Assembly: GCA_977017575.1 (NCBI GenBank)
Contig: CDRNVI010000103.1
Coordinates: 68,610 to 132,609, forward strand
Length of the DNA stretch: 64,000 bases
Source of the DNA: Paramoeba atlantica
Lineage: Eukaryota; Protista; Discosea
Direction of reading: 5' to 3'
This document shows, piece after piece, positions 21,029-33,070 of the stretch (position 1 is the first letter of the stretch; the number at the start of each line of letters is the position of its first letter). A program made the translations under genes and the position numbers. Under the pieces are notes generated by a model. It was not told where the DNA came from. It saw nothing but the letters and a program-made list of their open reading frames with translations, and ran no database searches.

Positions 21029-22948
21029 ATGATGCCTCGATATCTATTTCTTCGTTCCCTCTCTCTTAAACTGGTTCGATCTGGAACCCTTCTCCACCTT
21101 TCGCATCGTTCCTACACCAACGCGATCGTCTATGGCTCGGGCAGACTGGGTACCGCTCTAATTGCTGCACTTTCCAGAGCTCACACTCCCCCCGAACGAT
21201 CTACCCGGAAGGAAGAAACGAGACCCAAGTCGAGTACGAATCCTACTTCGAGCAAACGAACCAATTCTTCTTCCTCTCCCTATTGGAATGCCTACCGTGC
21301 GCTATCGCTCCCTCTTCGCCTGGGGTTTGTTGTGCGAGATACCGAAGCGGCTCAGAGCTTACGTCATAAACGACAGTCACCTGTTTTTTCACAATATCAG
21401 TTGCCTCGTTCGGTTTCTATTCTGTCTAATGGCTTGGAGGTGGAATCGTTTTTAGAATCGCCCTCGGAGAGGGACAATTTGCCTCCTGTTGTTTTCCTAG
21501 CGCTCCCGACTCGTGCACTACGGGAGGTGATTCAACCCGGCAGCGGGTTTCGTGCGTTGTTTCCAAAATCCGCCAATTGGCCTTCGATTTCCCCAATTGT
21601 TGACTTAAGAAGTGCGAAATCGAAACAAAAACTCGGAGAACAGGAGAAAAAAGAGACAACAACAACGCAAAACGAAAATACGGATTCCGGCGATCGTTCT
21701 CAAAGCTCTTTGAGAAGGAAGCCATCTTGTATTCCAAAAGACGCTCCCCTCCCTCTCGTTGTGTTGGCTACCCGCGGGGTGGATGAGGAGGGTCGGCTGC
21801 CTCATCAGTACCTTCCGTGTGGGGTCCCGTACGTCTACCTCGGTGGTCCAATGGACCCGAGTGATATTGTCGACGGCAAGCCGACATTTATTGTGGCCTC
21901 CGGAAACGCAGGTGAAAAATATGAAACCCTTGTTCGGGAAATGCTCACCTGCGAGGATCTGCGGTATCCCTTTGTGGTTGGCACTGTGTCCTCTAGGAAA
22001 CAGCCGTCATCATCTCCGGACACACGCGTACATCACAGTACCCCTCTGTCGGGTATTGGTGTGCTCGACCTGCCTCTGATTGCCCAGCCGGAGGGGAGAA
22101 ACAATCAAACCAGCCCTCAATGTAACGAAACCGGACAAGATGAAAAGGATTCAGCTCCAAATTGGGTTTCCCCTATTTCTTCCTCTTCTTGTTCATCTGA
22201 ATTCTCTTCGGGGACTTCGCTAGAGACCGCAATTTGTGCCGCATTTGGCCATTTCATCGCTCTCGGCTGTGGGGTGTTAAGCACCCAGTGGGGAGGCTCC
22301 TTCTCTCCGTTCTGTGCCTACCTCACGCGTTGTACCGAGGAGGTCCATGAGTTTCTCCACGCTCTCGGACTGAACGCTTCTGTGGCCTATTCCGTCGCAG
22401 GTCTTGGAGAGTTTCTCTCCTATGCCAGCGCGCGGAGGAGTTCGTATTTTGTAATGGGCACACGACTCGCCCATGGCCTCCCGGGGTCGTATATTTCGCA
22501 AAAAACCAAACATCACGAGCCCCATGAAGCGGCACTGGAGCTGTTGGGGATTACCAAGTGGTTGGATCATGTAGAGGGGTTGCTGGTGAGAGCCCGGCAG
22601 AGCCCATCTCCGGAAAAAGAGCAAAAAAACAACGCTGCCGAGGGTTTGCAATATGGAGAGTGTGAGACAAATGGGGAGGACGAACGCTCTCCGCTACCTT
22701 TGCTGCGCGCCACAGTGAAAGTGCTCCGAAATGAGCGCCGGGTATCGGAGTTTGCGGTGCTCGCGCTCGCTCCCTCGGCTGAGCAAATGAGGTATCGGAG
22801 TGTACAACATCCGTTGCTGTCCACCATGAACGTATTTTTTCATCACGTCGAACAGCCTAGTACACAGACAAAGGATGCAATGGAGCAACTGCGATTGTCG
22901 ACCCCCGCGCCCCCGCCCGCGATACGCTCCTGGATGGGGATGAAGTGA
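21029..22948 (+). CDS. NAD-dependent glycerol-3-phosphate dehydrogenase (GpsA)-like protein, degenerate active site
   Basis: YGSGRLG, VFLALP, LATRG, LGGP, AAFGHFIALGCG, AGLGEF motifs in GpsA order; Arg/Ser/Leu-rich N-terminus. Confidence 0.75.
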   Translation: MMPRYLFLRSLSLKLVRSGTLLHLSHRSYTNAIVYGSGRLGTALIAALSRAHTPPERSTRKEETRPKSSTNPTSSKRTNSSSSPYWNAYRALSLPLRLGFVVRDTEAAQSLRHKRQSPVFSQYQLPRSVSILSNGLEVESFLESPSERDNLPPVVFLALPTRALREVIQPGSGFRALFPKSANWPSISPIVDLRSAKSKQKLGEQEKKETTTTQNENTDSGDRSQSSLRRKPSCIPKDAPLPLVVLATRGVDEEGRLPHQYLPCGVPYVYLGGPMDPSDIVDGKPTFIVASGNAGEKYETLVREMLTCEDLRYPFVVGTVSSRKQPSSSPDTRVHHSTPLSGIGVLDLPLIAQPEGRNNQTSPQCNETGQDEKDSAPNWVSPISSSSCSSEFSSGTSLETAICAAFGHFIALGCGVLSTQWGGSFSPFCAYLTRCTEEVHEFLHALGLNASVAYSVAGLGEFLSYASARRSSYFVMGTRLAHGLPGSYISQKTKHHEPHEAALELLGITKWLDHVEGLLVRARQSPSPEKEQKNNAAEGLQYGECETNGEDERSPLPLLRATVKVLRNERRVSEFAVLALAPSAEQMRYRSVQHPLLSTMNVFFHHVEQPSTQTKDAMEQLRLSTPAPPPAIRSWMGMK

Positions 22949-23316
22949 AAGGCGAAAGTTTGGCAAAACGGAATTACGTTCCCTCACACAACACGTATGG
23001 AAGACAAGCCAAAGTACTGTGTTGGATACAGCTTTGCGGGTCGTTGTGGGGTATGTCTCGACTGACCCTTAGTTTTCTCTTTCTAAAGAACCATAAGTTC
23101 TTTTAGTTTCTTGCACCTTCTGATCCAGAAGATTAAATTTATTTCTAAAGTGTTAAGCCGAATAAAAATGCAAGTGATGTCGCCTACGTCTATGAACTTA
23201 TCCGTTACTCAAGGATTTTCGGGGTTTGTTTGAACACGCTATTTTTTCAAGTTTTTTATTTCGTGAGAAATAGAAAGCCGAAAACGCCCTTGGATAAGAT
23301 TAATCTTGCTTGTAAA

Positions 23317-24219
23317 ATGTTTCTCTGCTTTTATTTCATGCTCATCATGACGTTAACGCTCCACGTACATCTATCGGATACACAACAACCTTCAATCAAA
23401 CGTCAGCCAACCGATCCGACTTCAGAGTTTCCTATATCGATTATTCGTGCCAGTAAAGTAAACACGAATCTACCACAAGAATATGAACTCGCTCGATTTA
23501 TTGAAGATATGAAGAATCCTGACCCTTCATGGAACACATCGACGCCTGCGTGTGAGTGGAATTATGTACACTGTGATGATAGCCAACGTGTTACAAAACT
23601 TGATTGGAAATGGGTAAGAAAGACTCATAGATCCGCTCTGGTTGCTGCAGGCATACTAAGATGGGAATGGTTGCCTCGAACATTGCTTTCTTGTGACGTA
23701 TACCACAACCTGTTTACAGGTCCAGTATCGCTTGATGTGTTACCACCTCTCCTTATTTCGCTGAAGCTATCATGGAACAAGTTTACCGGTTCATTGGACT
23801 TTGTTCATTTGCCGCCCATGTTAGAAGAACTCCGGTTAAACAAGAACGAATTTGAATGGCGTGTTGACTTGACACAACTGCCACAGAATTTACGTCATCT
23901 AGACTTCTCGGAGAACAACCTTTCTGGTCATCTTCAGCTTTCTTGTCTACCGGACAAAATGCGATCTCTTAATTTGTCATCGAATCAATTTTCGGGATCT
24001 CTTTCGCTCCAACATTTACCAGCCTCGCTTAGAGGTCTAACCTGTTCCTCTAATTCCTTCTCGGGTTCAGTCAAGTTTGATTCTCTTCCGGCAGGAATGA
24101 AACTACTGTGTCTAGGGATGAATATAGATTTGTATGGTGAGATTGATGGGTCCCTTTTACCTAAGAAGCTGAAGACCTTGAATTTCCACAGTACAAAAAT
24201 TGTGTATAAACGCGGATAG
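23317..24219 (+). CDS. LRR family protein (paralogue 4)
   Basis: KVNTNLPQEYELARF, TPACEWNYVHC, LRRs; start uncertain. Confidence 0.88.
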   Translation: MFLCFYFMLIMTLTLHVHLSDTQQPSIKRQPTDPTSEFPISIIRASKVNTNLPQEYELARFIEDMKNPDPSWNTSTPACEWNYVHCDDSQRVTKLDWKWVRKTHRSALVAAGILRWEWLPRTLLSCDVYHNLFTGPVSLDVLPPLLISLKLSWNKFTGSLDFVHLPPMLEELRLNKNEFEWRVDLTQLPQNLRHLDFSENNLSGHLQLSCLPDKMRSLNLSSNQFSGSLSLQHLPASLRGLTCSSNSFSGSVKFDSLPAGMKLLCLGMNIDLYGEIDGSLLPKKLKTLNFHSTKIVYKRG

Positions 24220-24989
24220 CTTTCGTTCGTAACATGATCATCTTATCTTAATCCCCACCATCTAAGATAGGGATACAGGGGGGAAAAAAGTTATGTCAAC
24301 GAAAGTCGAGGCAACAAAAGTTGCGTGAACAAAAGTCGTGTTACACTCAACACAATTATTTCTGTAACAAAAAACAGGAAAACAAAAATTTATGTATTTT
24401 TTATTGTGCAAAATTTTTAAAAATGAAAATTTTATTTAAATTTGTTTTGCTCAAATTCCAAAAAAACTGATTTTTAACCTAAACGAGGGTCCGGTTTAGC
24501 ATACCGGTGAGCTCGCACCATACCGGAGGGGTTATGGTACCGTGCGCAGGGCCGATAGCATACCCCCCCCCCTGGTTTTTAGTAGTTCCCCCTGGTTCTC
24601 TTTAGCAGTTCTGAATGGTTGTGCCTAACTCCTTTTTTGTTTGTGTTTAACTTTCTTTTCAATATACACACACAGTACATTACTATTCATACCGAATTAC
24701 CTTCATACCATTACTATTCCACATCTGTCTTTGAATGGTCTGGCTTACCAGTGAGCGTCCGGAGCAATCCGGAATGATTTGGATTGGATTGGATTTATCC
24801 ATACCGCCTACATTTCCCCCAACAAAAAAAATCTCCACAAATATTTGTGCAACAGAAATTTGTGAATTTTTTATTGTGCAACAATTTCAAAAGTGATCAA
24901 ACCCCATTACTTGAAAGGTATGCCTGTTTGGCCAGTTTCTTTTCTCCCAACTTTGTTTGCGAATTTATTCTAATTTTTTCTTCTGAAGA

Positions 24990-25161
24990 CTTATTAAAAC
25001 GCTTATTTGGGTTACTCCCGAATCCCCCAACATACGGACATACACCCCCTACTCCCTATACTCGTCCTGTGGGTCTCCGATCCAAACCTCTCTTACCGGG
25101 GGTAAGCCCAAAAAGGGTGAAACCTCTATAGCTGGGGGGTGTATTACTCGGGGGGTCTACG
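24990..25161. repeat. Dispersed repeat family E (ends GGGGT[A/C]TACGG|TA)
   Basis: Homologous to 46606-46860 and 26040-26117. Confidence 0.65.
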
Positions 25162-25219
25162 GTAGATGATTATCCATCTCCTTCAATAAATATTTTTCAT
25201 ACTTCAATACTTTTCCTTT

Positions 25220-25789
25220 ATGGACATCTTTCGTGCACATAAAGTGCGTGGTACTTCTCTTCCGCCTGAGTTTATGCTTATTCGAATGATTGAAAATATT
25301 CAGAACCCGCATTCATCATGGACGGCAGATATACCAATATCTAAGTGGAAGGGGGTAATGTGTTTGGAAAGCGGTGACATTGACAAAATTAGGTTTGAAA
25401 GGAGTAAGCTACAAGGACCTCTACGGTGGGACATGTTGCCTCGCTCACTGACACACTTTGGTGTTTATTCAAACAAACTAATGGGGGAAGTAGACCTCAG
25501 TGAATTGCCCCCAAAACTGAAATTTTTAGATGGTTCTTATAACATGTTTACGGGAGGACTTGATTTATGTCATCTTCCAATGTCACTTGAAGAGATCTTC
25601 TTTTCTGAGAACAAGTTAAGTGGGCGAGTTGATTTTTCTCATCTTCCACATCGTTTGTGTTCACTTGCTTTGAGACACAATCGATTACTTGGGGGTGAGA
25701 TGCGTCTTCGTGAACTTCCTTCAAGTTTAAGTTATCGTCCAATATTTGAAACTTCGATTGTAGTTATTGATGATTCCGCAATAAACTAG
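25220..25789 (+). CDS. LRR family protein (paralogue 5, short)
   Basis: KVRGTSLPPEFMLIRM; closest to 58947-59558. Confidence 0.88.
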   Translation: MDIFRAHKVRGTSLPPEFMLIRMIENIQNPHSSWTADIPISKWKGVMCLESGDIDKIRFERSKLQGPLRWDMLPRSLTHFGVYSNKLMGEVDLSELPPKLKFLDGSYNMFTGGLDLCHLPMSLEEIFFSENKLSGRVDFSHLPHRLCSLALRHNRLLGGEMRLRELPSSLSYRPIFETSIVVIDDSAIN

Positions 25790-25901
25790 GTAGCATACTA
25801 CTTTAAGTACAGTGGTGTAAGATGTCGATTTAAAAAAATAGCATGGTTGAATGAACGAATTACATACACTATCCTATTACTGAATTACATACTGTATCTT
25901 A

Positions 25902-26030
25902 CAGTAACTCAAGAAAGTGTTCAAATGTTTCGACATTTTTCCATATTTCTATTTTGGCCAAAGAGAATCAGAAGATGATGCCGTAGTATAAGGTAATAGT
26001 GTAGGGTGGAGTAGTGCTTACATTCAACTT
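25902..26030. mobile_element. Tc1-like terminal fragment (family K)
   Basis: TA|CAGTAACTCAAGAAAGTGTTCAAA matches 54683 terminus. Confidence 0.65.
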
Positions 26031-26131
26031 TGTCAACGGTCCTCTATTACTGGGGGTCAGCCCAAAAGGATCCAAACCTCTATTACTGGGGGGGTCTATT
26101 ACCGGAGGGGTATACGGTAACAAACCATCTA

Positions 26132-26976
26132 AACCACCGTCCGTGTTATATTACCTAGGGACACCTATTGTACCTCCTAGGTATAACAAGTGTCCCTAGG
26201 GTCCTTATTATACCTCCCCCCCTACCGCATCAGAGGCAGGTGTAGAACTTACAGGACCGTAAATTTGGATGTTGGAGGGGTCTAAAATTTGTAAGCCTTG
26301 GCCCATTTTGGAAAGGTATAGCGCATTCGAGAGCTCTCGAACAGGGCTCATGAACGTGCAGGCACGGAATCTCCGTTATTTGGATTTTCGAATGCACATA
26401 GTACACTTTATTTTTTGGTAGACAAAATCTTTCATTTTTCACAATTTTTCTGATTTTCCCCCTGATTTATGCCACAGACGGGATTACGGACGATCACCTT
26501 AACGTAAACTCTCCGAAAGGGTTAATTCTTCGCCTGGACACGTAAAAGCATACTGGTACATGCCCTTTGTTGTCGACTACGAGTTTTCTCCTCACTGCGC
26601 GTAAATTTCAATGTTGCGTTTGATGAGTGAAACTTACCAAGAAAGCAGATTGACATTGTCAAGAGTTTTGACCAGTTAGGGTATAGTAACCACGAAAATA
26701 CATGTATTCGTGGCATTTCATATTCTTTTACCCCTGAAGCCTCAGGAAATAAACTTACTCCCACACTCGCACACGTTCTCCCAGGCGTTCCCCCAGGCCC
26801 GTCCCCCCAGGCGCAAGAGGGAAACTTGCAAATGGATCGTAACATGTTGTGGGCAATGTTAAAAATTTCGCGCCGCTTCGCGGCGCGAAATTTTTTTCAC
26901 CCTTTTTGCAAAGCAAAGTTATTATACCTAGGGACACTTATTATACCTCCTAGGTATAATAACCCGGACGGTGGTG
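26132..26976. mobile_element. Non-autonomous TIR element family F
   Basis: Inverted ends ACCACCGTCCG / CGGACGGTGGT with CCTAGG subrepeats; solo ends at ~12295 and ~51512. Confidence 0.55.
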
Positions 26977-26984
26977 ACCCCCCA

Positions 26985-27454
26985 ACAGCGGATATCCCGC
27001 TTTTCTGTTAGGAGATATTCAATAGCCTTGGGTATGGCCTCTCGCAATTCATGCCTATTTTTCGGACGCAAAGAACTATGAATGTGGTCATCCATGATTG
27101 ACCACAAGTTTTCTATCAAGTTTAAGTCAGATGACTTTGAGGGCCAATCAATAATGTTTAGGCCTGCTTGCAATCCCGCTCGACGGGCTTGCCCATGACC
27201 CGGTGCAATAACAGAGAATTGCATCCTTTAATAGACAATTTTAACGGGATTTGCACAATTTTTACATAAATTTGCATATTTGTTGGAGATTTTTTTTTAT
27301 TTTTTTATACCAATTTTTACAGGTGTGTTTAAATAGGCGCAAAATGTCGTTCCGATCATATTCTCGTCGAGATCTCTCTTTTGCAACAAAAATCAGGTGA
27401 AACGGACACATAGCACAAAAATGGGAGGTGTCCCGATATTGGTGATCCCCCCTG
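26985..27454 (-). mobile_element. Tc1-like element C, second copy, with transposase C-terminal remnant
   Basis: APGHGQARRAGLQAGLNIIDWPSKSSDLNLIENLW; terminus CCCCCCTG|TA. Confidence 0.8.
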
Positions 27455-27868
27455 TATTATTTAAATAGCGATTTAAATAATATACCGTTCCCCGGGTTAC
27501 ACTAACTTCGCTATTTTTCTTTAGTTTCTTTTGAACCGCTTTTTAATGGTTACAAAGAACACAAAACAACACCCCTAGCCTCCCCCCCGTAGTCTCGCAC
27601 GTCGTCTCAACATCATCACATGTCACCTCTTCCCCTTCCATTCCACCTCCGTACCCTTACCTCCAGTACTATCACAACCCCCGTTGCGTCGTTTTTTCAC
27701 CCCTTCTCACTTCCTTACCCAATCCCCTTCTCTCCTCTCGGCTTCCCCTCTCCCCGATCCGATATCATAATCCCCGCCCCATGGTCCTTCCCGAGTCGTC
27801 TCCCTTCCCGTTCTCCCCCAACCCCCACAATCACAACAACCCCTCTACTTCCTCCCCACTCGACCTCC

Positions 27869-28576
27869 ATGCTCTCACGACCACAACACCCAACTCATCT
27901 ACACCCCCACACCCCCTCCCCTTCCCCCTCCCCCACCCCCACCCCCCTCTACACCACCAGTCCCTACTTTCAAAAATCCTTTTTCTCTTTTTTATTTCTC
28001 TCCACACTCTCCTTCATGGTTTGGCTACGTAACCAATCCATTGCCTCCTGCTCTGTAGGAGACCCCAACGAGACCCTTCCCAACGGGTCACCTTTACAAA
28101 ACAACAGTTGTTGTAATCCCCACAACTCGTGTAACGGATCACCACGCCTTAAGTATTGTGACACCCCCGAGGAGGTCGAATCCGTGATCCGCTCACGTGA
28201 CCCGAATCGACCCCCTTGGCCGGTGCTTCACCACCGGGCCACGCAGATGCGTGAGGGGAAGCTCCCGCTCACGGGGGTGCAGGAGCTGTGGGAGGCCACC
28301 GCCTACTACTACCCCGCGGACTGGCTGATTCCGCTGGAGTTGGCCCAGGTGTTAAAGTACACCACGGGGCGGTACCTGAAACGAGTGGTACGGGACCCCG
28401 AGGGGTTCCGACGGGAGCTGATGGTCCAGCTGATTCAAATCAAGCATGGACGGGTGAGAGGGGTGGACCGGGTGAGTGGGGAGTTGTGGGAGATTTTGAG
28501 TGGGGCGATTGAGGAGTTGAGTCGGATGGATTTTCGGGATATGGAGGAGATACCGATTGCACCGACCCATCGGTAG
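27869..28576 (+). CDS. Hypothetical protein, possibly mitochondrial
   Basis: Globular helical C-terminus (YYYPADWLIPLELAQVLKY); start placed at MLSRPQH. Confidence 0.7.
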   Translation: MLSRPQHPTHLHPHTPSPSPSPTPTPLYTTSPYFQKSFFSFLFLSTLSFMVWLRNQSIASCSVGDPNETLPNGSPLQNNSCCNPHNSCNGSPRLKYCDTPEEVESVIRSRDPNRPPWPVLHHRATQMREGKLPLTGVQELWEATAYYYPADWLIPLELAQVLKYTTGRYLKRVVRDPEGFRRELMVQLIQIKHGRVRGVDRVSGELWEILSGAIEELSRMDFRDMEEIPIAPTHR

Positions 28577-28899
28577 ATGTAGGGGAGGGGGGGGAAGAGG
28601 GTTGCGATGGAAGAGAAAGGGAAGGAGGGGGGTAGAGAACAGAACCTGTAGATTAGAATGGATTCAATTTTTGAGAAGAATACGTTTCTTGTGAAATGTT
28701 GAGTATGTTTATGGCACACCGTTTTGAGGTGTTACTACACACCTCAGGGTTAAAATGCATTACAAACTACTGTAAGCATGATGTCTTGGGTACAAAAATA
28801 TCTAACTCATCCGTATTCTGGGAACGCTTTTTGATAGGTGCGGCAAGGTTTTTGAGGTAAAGTCCCCCTCATTTTCTCAGACCCCCCCTGTACGATATA

Positions 28900-29537
28900 A
28901 ACCATGTTCCAGGATAGTATACCCATGCCCACTTAAACCACATACCTGTTTAACATACCTATACCTTAGATAACATACCGGGGGCTATGTTATTCTGGCC
29001 TGCGACAGTTAACATACCCCCCCTCGTCCCACGGCTTTTTTGTGCAACGGTATAAAACTCCAACCGTAATATCACGTACTTTTTTAACAAAATGTTTCTT
29101 TTATACGTTTTTGGATGTATTTTGATACGTTTTAGCATTTAGTACTACACGCGGTACATCTTTAGATACAGGTTCTATCTGTGAGAGTGATTTTCTTTTC
29201 TTTCCTATTTCATTACCAGTCTACTTAACATACATGTACCTATACCTTGATAACATACCTATACCTTGGATAACATACCGGGAGGGTATGTTAAATGGGT
29301 ACGTGGTTTAGTATACCTACCCCCCCCTCCCAGCAACAGGAGCGGGAGAAGTCCCTTTTTTAGAAGCGACAGAGCAACTTTTCTAGCAATCACACGGTAA
29401 GAAATCGCATTTTAAGGTCAAAACACCATTTTTCTAGGAATTACAGATAGGAAAAAACAAATTTGCTTTTTAGACAAAATTTAGTATACTGTACCCACTT
29501 AGTATACTTACTAGGTATACTATCCTGGAACATGGTT
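28900..29537. mobile_element. MITE family H, complete
   Basis: TA|AACCATGTTCCAGGATAGTATACC...GGTATACTATCCTGGAACATGGTT|TA; internal AACATACC repeats. Confidence 0.85.
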
Positions 29538-29619
29538 TAATTCTAGGTTCTATCTCCTTACATGGTGTACTCTTTCTTGTTTTACAAACGATCTTATAAT
29601 TTTATCTTCTAGTATCTTT

Positions 29620-30456
29620 ATGTTTATCTTAAGTGCTGCGGACGGCTTGACTTTAAGAAAATCTTCTCGAGTTCGTGGGGCTCTACTGCCGCAGGAATAT
29701 GATCTTTCTCGAGCGCTGCGCAACGTTTCTAATCTTTGAACCACGTGGACCACAGACAATTCTGCATGTAAGTGGATGGGGGTAAAATGTGATGCTGAAC
29801 TACAGGTTATAGAAATCAAGTGGAGTTATATGGGCCTTGAGGGTACGGTTTCATGGCGAGATTTTCCTCGAACACTTCGAGTTCTTATCATGGGACAATC
29901 TGCAGCATGGTACAGGAATAGGCTCACAGGATCTCTATCGAGTCCTGATTTACCACCGTTACTCGCAATGTTTAACATCGAATTCAACAATTTTAGCGGT
30001 GAAATATCCCTAGAATATCTGCCAGCTAACCTGCTATCATTTGAAGTCGCACAAAATTCCTTTGAAGGCACAGCATCAATTCATGCACTTCCTTTGACAC
30101 TAATTAAGCTGGATCTTGATAAGAACCTTTTCTCAGGGCGGTTAAATTTAATGAATTTGCCTTCAAAATTCGAACGTCTTCTCATGTCGAATAATATGTT
30201 CAGTGGGAGTATCGTTCTGACGCATCTACCAAACACGATATTGTACGTTGATTTGTCAGACAACAATCTAAGCGGGGAAATTGATTTGTCCTCTCTCCCA
30301 CCAGTACTCACTGATTTATCTTTACGTAACAATAACTTCTTCGGACACATAGACCTCTCTAATACGCCGGATTCTCTGTTACGGGTAGATATTCTTCGTA
30401 ACAACATTACTTCTGTGACACCATACCCATTCCCCGACATTTTGCTTCTTCGCTAA
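29620..30456 (+). pseudogene. LRR family pseudogene (paralogue 6), in-frame TGA at 29737-29739
   Basis: MFILSAAD..RVRGALLPQEYDLSRALRNVSNL*TTW continues in frame into ORF 29776-30456; closest to paralogue 3. Confidence 0.85.
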
Positions 30457-30799
30457 TTGGGGATACGGGCATTTAAATGCAATCATTGCAATGCATTTGC
30501 ATTCTTCCCATCTCCAACTCTTGTTTTGCTATTTGGCACAATATGATATTGTACCCTCTTTCTTAGACACTGTTATTCACTCACTAGGTTTTTTTAGAAT
30601 CCATTTTTAGTAGAATCCATCACTGCCATAAAGATGAGAAATAGAGAAACACGGTACCAGCATATCTCTCTTTTGTTTAGAAAAACAGACATTTAGGTAT
30701 TTTCTATAACCACAACCTCAGAACACATGAGAGAAAGAATATTACTACGTTGCACATTCATTCCTAAGATTTGCATTTCAGAGCAGTGAAACGACTTCA

Positions 30800-32773
30800 A
30801 TGCTAGTGTATCACTACATTTTTCTTTTACCTGTGATTCTTCTCTCGGAAAACCTCTATTCTGACTCGGCTGACCAGTACAGGCCTCTATCTGCCCATAA
30901 AAGTGATAGTGAAGCACTTTTGCAAAATGTTTCCCAATACATCTCCCGGAGTGAAGATTTTCATGGAAAAAAGAACAACACTGTATCTTCTACGCTGGAA
31001 GATCCTGCATTAGTGTCAAGAAAGTTTGATAATAAATCTACGCTCAACACATTCGCTACTCATGCGGGGCGTTCACACGGAAGCGAAACTCGGGCTATAC
31101 ACCCTCCCAAAAGCAGCCGTGCTTCTTTGAGGACACACCACAGATTTCTACATGGTCAGGTTTCGCGATGTGCGCATAAAAACTGTGCCGTCGAGAAATC
31201 TGTTTTTGACGTACAGCGCAAAGAGCCGAAGGGCAGGACCGGAGGAGTCCATCTTTCTAAGCTACCACAATCCAAGAAGAAAAATGAATACGGTCGAGGT
31301 ACCTTGACAAAACAAAGAGAACGGTGTCATGCATCACGTAAACCTTGTCCTTCTTTAAAAAACGGCTTTAGTTCAGGAGAAACTAAAAAGGTTGGTACGC
31401 GTCTTCAAGCGAGTGAAGTCTCTAGAAAATCAGACCGTGGTGCAAAATGTATGGTAAAAACAACGAAAAAGAAAACTAAGAAATATGTAAAAGTAGACAG
31501 TTCATTGAAGGGCAAGCCAGAGAGTGTCCGAGCACAATCGAACGGTGATTCTCAAAATTCTTTTCTAGTAAATGCGCTACCCGATTTACCATGGACACCA
31601 AGCCTTGCAAATATCTCACAAATGTTATCAGAGTATTTCAATTCTGGCTCGTATAATGAAAAGAGCATTAGTACTCTGGAGCCTGAAGACAGCGTAACTA
31701 CCTTAATGAATCATCATACTGTCTTGCCTCAAGGGCACTTAAAGGGTGCCCCTGCTCAAAAAAAGACCATATTGTCTTTACATTTTCCTTCTGGCAGTTC
31801 TTTGGTTTCTGATGCAGATCTGTCAAGTTCCTACAATGCAGAGGAATCTCTAGATCGACTTTTAGATCAACTCTCCGAACTCAAACCAGTGGATAGCATC
31901 TCGTCTCTGGAAGAAGCCATGCAAGCTGATGGCTATCCAAGTTTGCCTGCCAATCGTAATGAGCAGGTGGGTCGCAACGAAAGGCTAGACTCCAGAAATG
32001 ACGACGCTACCCGTTCATCGGTCGTATCACAACCCTTACGAAGAACGAAGAGTCCAGTTCTTCAAAATTCTGAACAAAGCTACGATAGCGTTTTATTGGA
32101 TGTCAGAAATCCCTTCACAGGTTTTAATTTGCTTGAATGGCCATCTCTTTACACCTCAAGTTTGTCCAATTTAACAAGTCTAAGCAACGCGTGGCTTGAA
32201 GAGAATCCCTATGAAGGAAAATCGTATTCCGATTCCGAATTTGATTTAGAATCTTATTCCGATGTTAACTTTCCGTTACATTCTACAGATCCTCTGTATT
32301 TTTCCGATAGGCCGAATTCACGTTCTTCTTTGCGAGGTGATGAAAAGGAAGCAGTCATTCTTACCACGCCGCGTAGTCCTGCAGGAATGAACACAAATCC
32401 GGACTTTAGTCCAATACCATGGAGAGGTAGCCATATAGAAAAAACGAATTCGACCTCATCGGTACGTGTTCCGTGGTCACTCTCTGGAACAAAATCTTAT
32501 TTTAACTCAAATTTTCAGAGCGAACAAAGTCCTTTATCACAAAGGCCTGCGAATGCGAGGCCTCATAAGTCAAATTCCGGCAGATCAGGTCTAGATTCTT
32601 CTGTCCTTGGTGATAAAGTTGTCAGTGGCTGTGCTGTTTCGGACCAGAGTGAGAAAGAGAGCAAACAGGAAAACAGTGGTACACGAGAAACTCCTATCTC
32701 ATCGCTTTGGACCTATGTTGGGCGAATACTGGAATGTTTCACATTCCTTTTTTGTAGGTGCTTTCAGCGTTGA
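30800..32773 (+). CDS. Hypothetical Ser-rich protein with hydrophobic N-terminus and Cys-rich C-terminus
   Basis: 657-aa ORF; ends WTYVGRILECFTFLFCRCFQR. Confidence 0.7.
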   Translation: MLVYHYIFLLPVILLSENLYSDSADQYRPLSAHKSDSEALLQNVSQYISRSEDFHGKKNNTVSSTLEDPALVSRKFDNKSTLNTFATHAGRSHGSETRAIHPPKSSRASLRTHHRFLHGQVSRCAHKNCAVEKSVFDVQRKEPKGRTGGVHLSKLPQSKKKNEYGRGTLTKQRERCHASRKPCPSLKNGFSSGETKKVGTRLQASEVSRKSDRGAKCMVKTTKKKTKKYVKVDSSLKGKPESVRAQSNGDSQNSFLVNALPDLPWTPSLANISQMLSEYFNSGSYNEKSISTLEPEDSVTTLMNHHTVLPQGHLKGAPAQKKTILSLHFPSGSSLVSDADLSSSYNAEESLDRLLDQLSELKPVDSISSLEEAMQADGYPSLPANRNEQVGRNERLDSRNDDATRSSVVSQPLRRTKSPVLQNSEQSYDSVLLDVRNPFTGFNLLEWPSLYTSSLSNLTSLSNAWLEENPYEGKSYSDSEFDLESYSDVNFPLHSTDPLYFSDRPNSRSSLRGDEKEAVILTTPRSPAGMNTNPDFSPIPWRGSHIEKTNSTSSVRVPWSLSGTKSYFNSNFQSEQSPLSQRPANARPHKSNSGRSGLDSSVLGDKVVSGCAVSDQSEKESKQENSGTRETPISSLWTYVGRILECFTFLFCRCFQR

Positions 32774-32975
32774 ATGCTCTTCTTAAGTAGATTAGAGCGT
32801 TTGTGCAGTATTACTTCGTGGATAGGTTTCGCCAATACAGATTGCTGAAATTTTGCTTTTGAGCAAAATCAAAGGCGGTCATTGTATGACCTAGTAGTAG
32901 AGCATAAAATTTTATAGTTAGAGCCTCACTGAGTTGTATTCTTGTAGTTTCTATGCTTGCACATGTGATAAGCTA

Positions 32976-33070
32976 CTGGACCCCCCCCTAGATATCTGTC
33001 ACACCCCTACCCCTCTAGTTTCTGTCACCTTTTGACCAAAAGTAGTGACAGATAACTAAGGGAGGTACAG
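32976..33070. mobile_element. Miniature TIR element family G
   Basis: TA|CTG..CCCCCCTAG(T/A)TATCTGTC...GACAGATAACTA.GGGAGGTACAG|TA; related copies ~10812, ~53353, ~56293-56405. Confidence 0.7.

Noticed and set aside
29737-29739. In-frame TGA as a sign of stop-codon reassignment
   Set aside because: TGA ends several intact genes here (e.g. 13234, 22948, 43361); a single nonsense mutation is simpler.
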